DNA of 64,000 bases from Octopus bimaculoides (lineage: Eukaryota): positions 94,016,462 to 94,080,461 of the forward strand of contig NC_068981.1 in assembly GCF_001194135.2 (NCBI RefSeq). The letters are read 5' to 3'. The translations under genes were made by a program, and so were the position numbers. Under the pieces are notes generated by a model. It ran no database searches. It was not told the DNA's origin and was given only the letters and a program-made list of their open reading frames with translations. The stretch's first letter is position 1; each line of letters begins with the position of its first letter. Shown here piece after piece: positions 59,808-64,000 of this stretch.

Positions 59808-62577
59808 GTATATATATATATATATAGAGTTATTAATATTTCTAAGTCTCTCTTTCGTCCTAATTTTGGNNNNNNNNNNGAGTTATTAATATTTCTAAGT
59901 CTCTCTTTCGTCCTAATTTTGGGACTACCATGTTGGCTTGGCGATAACTATTAATATATATATATATATATATAAATGATAACCAATCTGAAATAATGTA
60001 AATATCTTACACAGAGATCAAAAATGATTATTAGAATGCTATTTAAATACTTTTCATTGGAAAAAGTTGGAAGTAATTTCCACTCACTCACCAGTAAGGC
60101 TGAAAACTGCTATCTCTCCAGAAGTGCTCATTTCACCAAAGTAAACTCCAGACACCAACAAAAGTGTATTCGTTTCATTAAACTGAGAAAACTGAGTGTA
60201 CTTCCAGGTCAGGTTCTTCATGTTATATTTATATCTTAAAGTTACAGGATTGGAAGAATACCACACCTAACACATACAAAACATATATATCAATGGCTTA
60301 GAGGAGCATGAGAAAAAGAAGAATTCATACTTATTATTGATGGAAATTATTACATTAATGATGATGAAGATAGGGAAACTAGTCTCAAAGTTTTAAGGAA
60401 GTCTATAAGATATGCGTCTTCAGACTACTTAGATCCATTGGGAGAGAGGTATAGGCTCAATACGACCTTGGAATAATTTGAGAATATCTATTTATAAGGA
60501 TAAAATGATGAGGAAAGGAAGGTATTCTATAAACATATGAGCAGAAATTAAACTTAGAAAGCATCACCACCCTTTCTTATTTATAACTAAAAATATAAAT
60601 ATTCATCTATTTCATTTGAAAATCTACAGAAGCCTATGGCAATATTGTCTTAGCTATTTCCTGAGCCACATAAGCCTTCTTTACTCTATACCTAGTTTAG
60701 TGCTTCATTACTCTGAGTTCAAATAACATCAGGGTTGAGTTCAGTTCTTTAAAGTTAGCAACTAAAGTACCAATTGTATGCAGACAGATGTCTAATTAAT
60801 CAATTGACTGGACATAAAACGAATTATTTTTCCTAATAAAATTGGCCAGTCATACTGTGTGACAATTTTTGTCCTTGGGCAGTAGCTGTTATTTCCTATT
60901 TGCTTACCTCTAGAAAGTATGGAAAAGGCTAATATTTCCTTCAAACTTTGCTTTTGTTACATTTATTCAAACCTCCAAAGAATCCCTCTCAGCACTTAGC
61001 TATGATGCTCAACCACTACTCCTGCTCATCATATTGTCAGGCACTAAGGCACATGCTCAAGTAGTTAAGGTCAAGCAACTGATAAGCAAATATGTGGCAT
61101 TGAGCAGAATATTTGCTATAATGATATTTCTGCTACAGCAATTCAGTACTGAATCTGTCTGAAATGTAATGGAAAATAGGTCAGTTTCAAGACACTGATG
61201 TCCAGGTCACAAAAGCAAAGTTTGAAGGGAATAGTAGTCATATCCTTTGATTAGGAAAATAACACTTACTGACCAAAGACAAAAAATAAAAATTTTATTA
61301 CACAGTGCAATTATCATTAGAATGAAGTGGGTGGAACAGCAGAGACAAAGGTAGTGAAACACCTTTCAGTATTTAATCATATCCCTCAACATCTAAGTTG
61401 AAGTCCCTTCAAGGTCAAAACAACTATCAGTCATGTAGTGAAGTCAACATCTCAGACTTACAAATGTGTAGACCTGTACCAATGTGAAGAAATCATTTGT
61501 AGAACTAGGTGACTCATCAAAAATGATACTAGGAATCTCATTACAGCCATTCACATAATTATCTCCATTAAATTTGCTCTATATGTTACGCATAAAGAAA
61601 CAGGAACACACTTAAGATAGAGTCAAATAATATGGTCTATTGGTAGGCTTTTAGCAGTCAAAACTGATTCATTTCAGTTTTAGTGCTAATGTTCCTGAGT
61701 AGGCTGAACCAAAGTTAATGCAAGAATGTTCTGAGTTTCAGCCATATGGTTATCATTAGCTGGATCTATCTATCCAATACAACTTTTTGACAAAAAGCTT
61801 TAAATAAAAGTTGAATTTCTATTTTCACCTATTTAACATTTACAAGGTTGTTAGAAAAGGCCACACTAGTCTGATCAAAGTATAATGAGTGAGCATCCAG
61901 CCAAAAGAGATGCCTTGTTTTCAAATGGATGGCACCTGGGCACGTCTAAAAGAAGACTGAATTCCAACTGTATTCTTAAGCATCTCACACCAATGTTGGC
62001 CTGATCAAAAAATGAAATGAAAGGATAAAGAAGATACAACCATGTCAACTTGAACTGAAATGTGTTCACCCCCTCATGCACAAGAAATGATTAAGATAAG
62101 CATTACCTATACGAAATGAATGAAAATGAACAAGGAGCAAATGAAAAAAGGAAGGATGATGAAGAGTTAGTCACTTATTGAAAACTTCCTCATTCCAATA
62201 CTTACCTTCACATAACCATCCTTGGAACAAGTTGAAAACATGGAACCATCATGAGAAAAGCTGACATGCAGAACTTGGTCATTGTGCTGCTTGAGAACTT
62301 CACTTTCAACAGAGGGTGTGTGGTATAAGAGACGTCTGTATTCCTCCATCCAAGACTTCTTGCCAGGAGACATGGCAACATCTCGGTTAATGTTCCACTC
62401 TGCATAGAAAAGCTTCTTCCAGAGCAATTCATCATATGCGATGCGCAACCACTTTGTGCACATTTGGGAGCAATTGAGGACGCTCTGTGCCGAAAGATAG
62501 CAGAAGATGTGAAGAAGTAAATGTTCAGGAAGTAAATCCCAATTTGGAAAAGATTCACCATCCTGAGAGGAATCCAT
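43675..62577 (-). CDS. FBXW5: F-box/WD repeat-containing protein 5 (spliced, 6 coding exons, 759 aa)
   Basis: Exons 62577-62206, 60266-60092, 57725-57586, 56144-55045, 46711-46499 and 43954-43675 total 2280 nt with consistent phases. The F-box LPEHLLLHIF and the motifs DQVLHVSFSHDG, YTQFSQFN, NKPYDVFG, KYLIFTTG..YTPHQIGIK, PPPIAQEID, HKAYTPNDECFFIFLDV and SGAEDKFGYLWDRHY are diagnostic of FBXW5. Confidence 0.96.
44701..44906 (-). mobile_element. SINE family A (5' part; rest lies in the gap)
   Basis: Reverse complement of the 34517 head and body. Confidence 0.85.
44936..45086 (-). mobile_element. CORE-type SINE
   Basis: GAAGTCACTTGCTCAAGGTGCCACACAGTGGGACTGAACC. Confidence 0.8.
45420..45662 (+). 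mobile_element. RTE-type 3'-UTR fragment
   Basis: GTGGTTGGTGTTACAAAGGGCATCCAGCTGTAGAAACC...CATTAAACAATGATGAT. Confidence 0.7.
46153..46370 (+). mobile_element. SINE family M
   Basis: Full head, core and tail. Confidence 0.85.
46499..46711 (-). CDS. FBXW5: FBXW5 coding exon 5 (YLYVNSRPWP...PPPIAQEID...TPNDECFFIFLDVCDEFVAS)
   Basis: Not in the ORF track; found by hand translation. Acceptor GTTTTAG, donor AG|GTAAGT; 213 nt, phase 2-2. Confidence 0.95.
47201..47414 (-). mobile_element. SINE family M with 16-bp TSD
   Basis: TSD AAGATGAT(A/G)AAATAAT at 47185-47200 and 47415-47430. Confidence 0.87.
49200..50718 (+). pseudogene. Helitron PIF1-family (SF1B) helicase pseudogene
   Basis: PGGTGKTF (Walker A), VATSGIAATLLPGGRTTHSTFK, IVWDECTM, LLSGDFRQTLPVIP, QFPIR and FSHGQLYIGCSRV, spread over several frames. 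Confidence 0.92.
50877..51097. mobile_element. piggyBac-like MITE family B nested in the Helitron
   Basis: TTAA|CCCTTTCGTTAC ... GTAACGAAAGGG|TTAA; perfect 12-bp TIR, 221 bp. Confidence 0.9.
52046..52632. mobile_element. TTAA MITE family A interrupted by a SINE
   Basis: TTAA|CTCCTTAGCATTTAAACTGGCC ... GAATACTAAAGAG; colinear with 53576-54588 once inserts are removed. Confidence 0.8.
52081..52433 (+). mobile_element. SINE family A, full length, (CAA)n tail, 14-bp TSD
   Basis: TSD CATGTCTTGCCCTA at 52067-52080 and 52434-52447. Confidence 0.92.
53160..53345 (+). mobile_element. RTE-type 3'-UTR fragment
   Basis: AAAAGCACCC...AGGAAGGGCATCTAGCTGTAGAAACC...GTTAAATGATGATG. The pyrimidine-rich 52700-53160 may be its upstream UTR. 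Confidence 0.65.
53576..54588. mobile_element. TTAA MITE family A interrupted by an RTE LINE
   Basis: TTAA|CCCTTTAGCATT ... AATGCTAAAGGG|TTAA. Confidence 0.88.
53779..54567 (-). mobile_element. 5'-truncated RTE LINE with (GAT)n tail and 7-bp TSD
   Basis: ORF 54343-54558 (RWMCNV...RLRWYGHVVRMDED) plus 3'-UTR; TSD AGTAATC at 53772-53778 and 54568-54574; spans an N-gap. Confidence 0.88.
55045..56144 (-). CDS. FBXW5: FBXW5 coding exon 4 (1100 nt, with expanded loop)
   Basis: Acceptor TTACAG|GCA (AFQ), donor AG|GTAAC; ends GHIIGMCLSPDHR. Confidence 0.94.
56995..57153 (+). mobile_element. RTE 3'-UTR fragment
   Basis: GAGTGGTTGGCGTTAGGAAGGGCATCCAG...GGACGTTAAACGACGATGATGATG. Confidence 0.88.
57586..57725 (-). 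CDS. FBXW5: FBXW5 coding exon 3 (EFQLQCRVLNKPYDVFGTWYNSSYLLSGHLHWFG...WLNK)
   Basis: Not in the ORF track; found by hand translation. Acceptor TCTTTCAG, donor AAA|GTAAGT. Confidence 0.93.
58431..58588 (-). mobile_element. CORE-type SINE
   Basis: GAAGACACTTGTCTAAGGT...GGGACTGAACC. Confidence 0.78.
59022..59237. mobile_element. TTAA MITE family A (reverse orientation)
   Basis: TTAA|CCCTTTAGCATT ... TATGCTAAAGGG|TTAA, 216 bp. Confidence 0.88.
60092..60266 (-). CDS. FBXW5: FBXW5 coding exon 2 (VWYSS...YTQFSQFNETNTLLLVSGV...SGEIAVFSLT)
   Basis: Acceptor TTAG, donor G|GTGAGT. Confidence 0.95.
60882..61290 (+). repeat. Dispersed unclassified repeat (copy of 13182-13612)
   Basis: Colinear, e.g. 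GGCTAATATTTCCTTCAAACTTTGCTTTT and GGTTAAGGTCAAGCAACTGAT. Confidence 0.8.
62206..62577 (-). CDS. FBXW5: FBXW5 coding exon 1 (F-box plus first WD40)
   Basis: ORF MDSSQDG...SKDGYVK; donor AAG|GTAAGT. Confidence 0.95.
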
Positions 62578-62594
62578 GTCACAGGCTTGTCAAA

Positions 62595-62630
62595 ACTATT
62601 TCATGAAGGGAAAGAGAAAAAAATGGAAAA
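62595..62630 (-). other. Probable 3' splice site 18 nt upstream of the FBXW5 ATG (5'-UTR intron)
   Basis: On -: TTTTTTTCTCTTTCCCTTCATGAAATAG|TTTTGACAAGCCTGTGAC-ATG. Confidence 0.55.
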
Positions 62631-63339
62631 GTTAACATCAAGTTATTATAAGAGAAAAAGTAAATAAGGATGTTTTTTTAAGCAAAAGGACCCCATTTAA
62701 AATTTTTTTGCAAGGGACAGAGTATACCTCACTTCTCAGTTGTGTGTTATTATGCTTATTGAACTGTATGTGGTTGAAGGATCCTTAAAGAATCTGGACT
62801 AAGAACATTATCAGTAAAATTTCACATAATTATATTAATACATTTATATAACAGTCAATTTCTGTCTTCATCATTATTATTACACTGTATTGTATCAGCT
62901 TCTAATGTTATATTTGTATACCCCTAGTGACAAAATGTAATATATTTGAAAATCATAGAGTGGTGGAGTAGAGTTTCTGACTAACAGTTTCCCAATATTT
63001 AGTTTTACCCTATGTTTTCAATTCTGCTAAATTGAAAGATGATATCATTTGCTTTTCATCCTTTTGGGGTTGATGAAATAAGTACCACATGCACACTGGG
63101 GTTGATGCAATCAACTAGCCCACTCTCCAAAAACTTTCAGGCCTTGTGCCTATTTTGGAAAAGATTATTATTATTATTATTATCATTACTACTGATTGAT
63201 TGAGCAGTCAAGTTCAAGTAAACCCCAGCATCTCAATTGTGTAACCTTTGTTACTTTGATGCCTTTCCCCATAAATATGAATATTCCATCTCAAGGTTTC
63301 AGATTGATATAAAATTACTTATACATGGGCTAAGATCAG

Positions 63340-63420
63340 TGGTTCCCAAAGTGGGTTGTGCTGTCCCACCACCTGGGGGTGGTGGAAAAATCCAGGAAGG
63401 CGTTGAAGAAAAATGGAGTG
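63340..63420 (+). mobile_element. hAT-like left terminus (solo)
   Basis: CAGTGGTTCCCAAAGTGGG; no matching right end seen in the window. Confidence 0.4.
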
Positions 63421-63689
63421 ATAACAAGGTGGTCAAAAGTAAGAAATGAATGGCAATACTCCCCTTCTGTTTTTCAGTGGCACATTCAGGCTTAGAAAAT
63501 AGAATTTAAAAATCAATATGAAAAAAGTTGCTTGTTTTCTTAAAACAAGAACAGAGAACAAAAATAAATAAAACTCCGCAAAAGTCTACTGATGAAGCTG
63601 GTCATAAACTTTCATTGTTTCAGTTGAGCACTGATGCCAATGTAATTGACTATACCCAACTCTCTCAAAATTTCAGGCTTTGTGTCCAG

Positions 63690-63926
63690 TGCCGCTGGAC
63701 TGGCTCCCGTGTAGGTGGCACATAAAAGACACCATTTCAAGCGTGGCCGTTGCCAGTACCGCCTGACTGGCCTTCGTGCCGGTGGCACGTAAAAGCACCC
63801 ACTACACTCTCGGAGTGGTTGGCGTTAGGAAGGGCATCCAGCTGTAGAAACTCTGCCAAATCAAATTGGAGCCTGGTGTAGCCATCTGGTTCACCAGTCC
63901 TCAGTCAAATCGTCCAACCCATGCTA
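63690..63926 (+). mobile_element. RTE 3'-UTR fragment (tail truncated)
   Basis: GGTGGCACGTAAAAGCACCCACTACACTCTCGGAGTGGTTGGCG...CCATGCTAG. Confidence 0.85.
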
Positions 63927-64000
63927 GGTTATGTGTTGGAAATGCTTAGCAGTATTTCTTCTGACTCTATGTTCTGTGTTCAAATTCTGCCAAAGCTGAC

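Noticed and set aside
59827-59922. 43-bp direct repeat
   Set aside because: The copies are identical and separated by exactly 10 Ns, typical of an unmerged contig overlap.

Overview
This is AT-rich eukaryotic genomic DNA dense in microsatellites and transposons, with 8 N-gaps. The repeat families resemble those of coleoid cephalopods (Octopus-like); the species call is an inference. Two spliced, convergently oriented genes can be rebuilt by hand with GT-AG junctions whose phases match. (1) CFAP157 (C9orf117; coiled-coil cilia/flagella protein) is on the + strand. Its ATG is at 659 and 9 clear exons run to 24427. A strong in-frame donor at 24412/3 and two phase-compatible orphan exons (36035-36125 and about 37934-38067) suggest a longer 11-exon form. 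An RFX X-box and a forkhead site lie 90-145 bp upstream of the ATG. (2) FBXW5 (F-box/WD40) is on the - strand, with 6 coding exons from 62577 to 43675 (759 aa). It includes a 1100-nt exon carrying an expanded Ser/Asp/Asn/Cys-rich loop of about 250 aa. Introns hold decayed mobile elements: two RTE LINE families (one with a PHD-like finger inside the RT), R4-like and CR1/Jockey-like LINE fragments, several tRNA-derived SINE families, a piggyBac fossil, TTAA MITEs, a DD37D Tc1/mariner-type element, an irritans-type mariner, a hAT MITE, two Helitrons with intact termini and foldback-like elements. Many have readable TSDs and nested insertions. No rRNA, true tRNA gene or CRISPR array was found. All homology calls are from recalled family motifs, not database searches.
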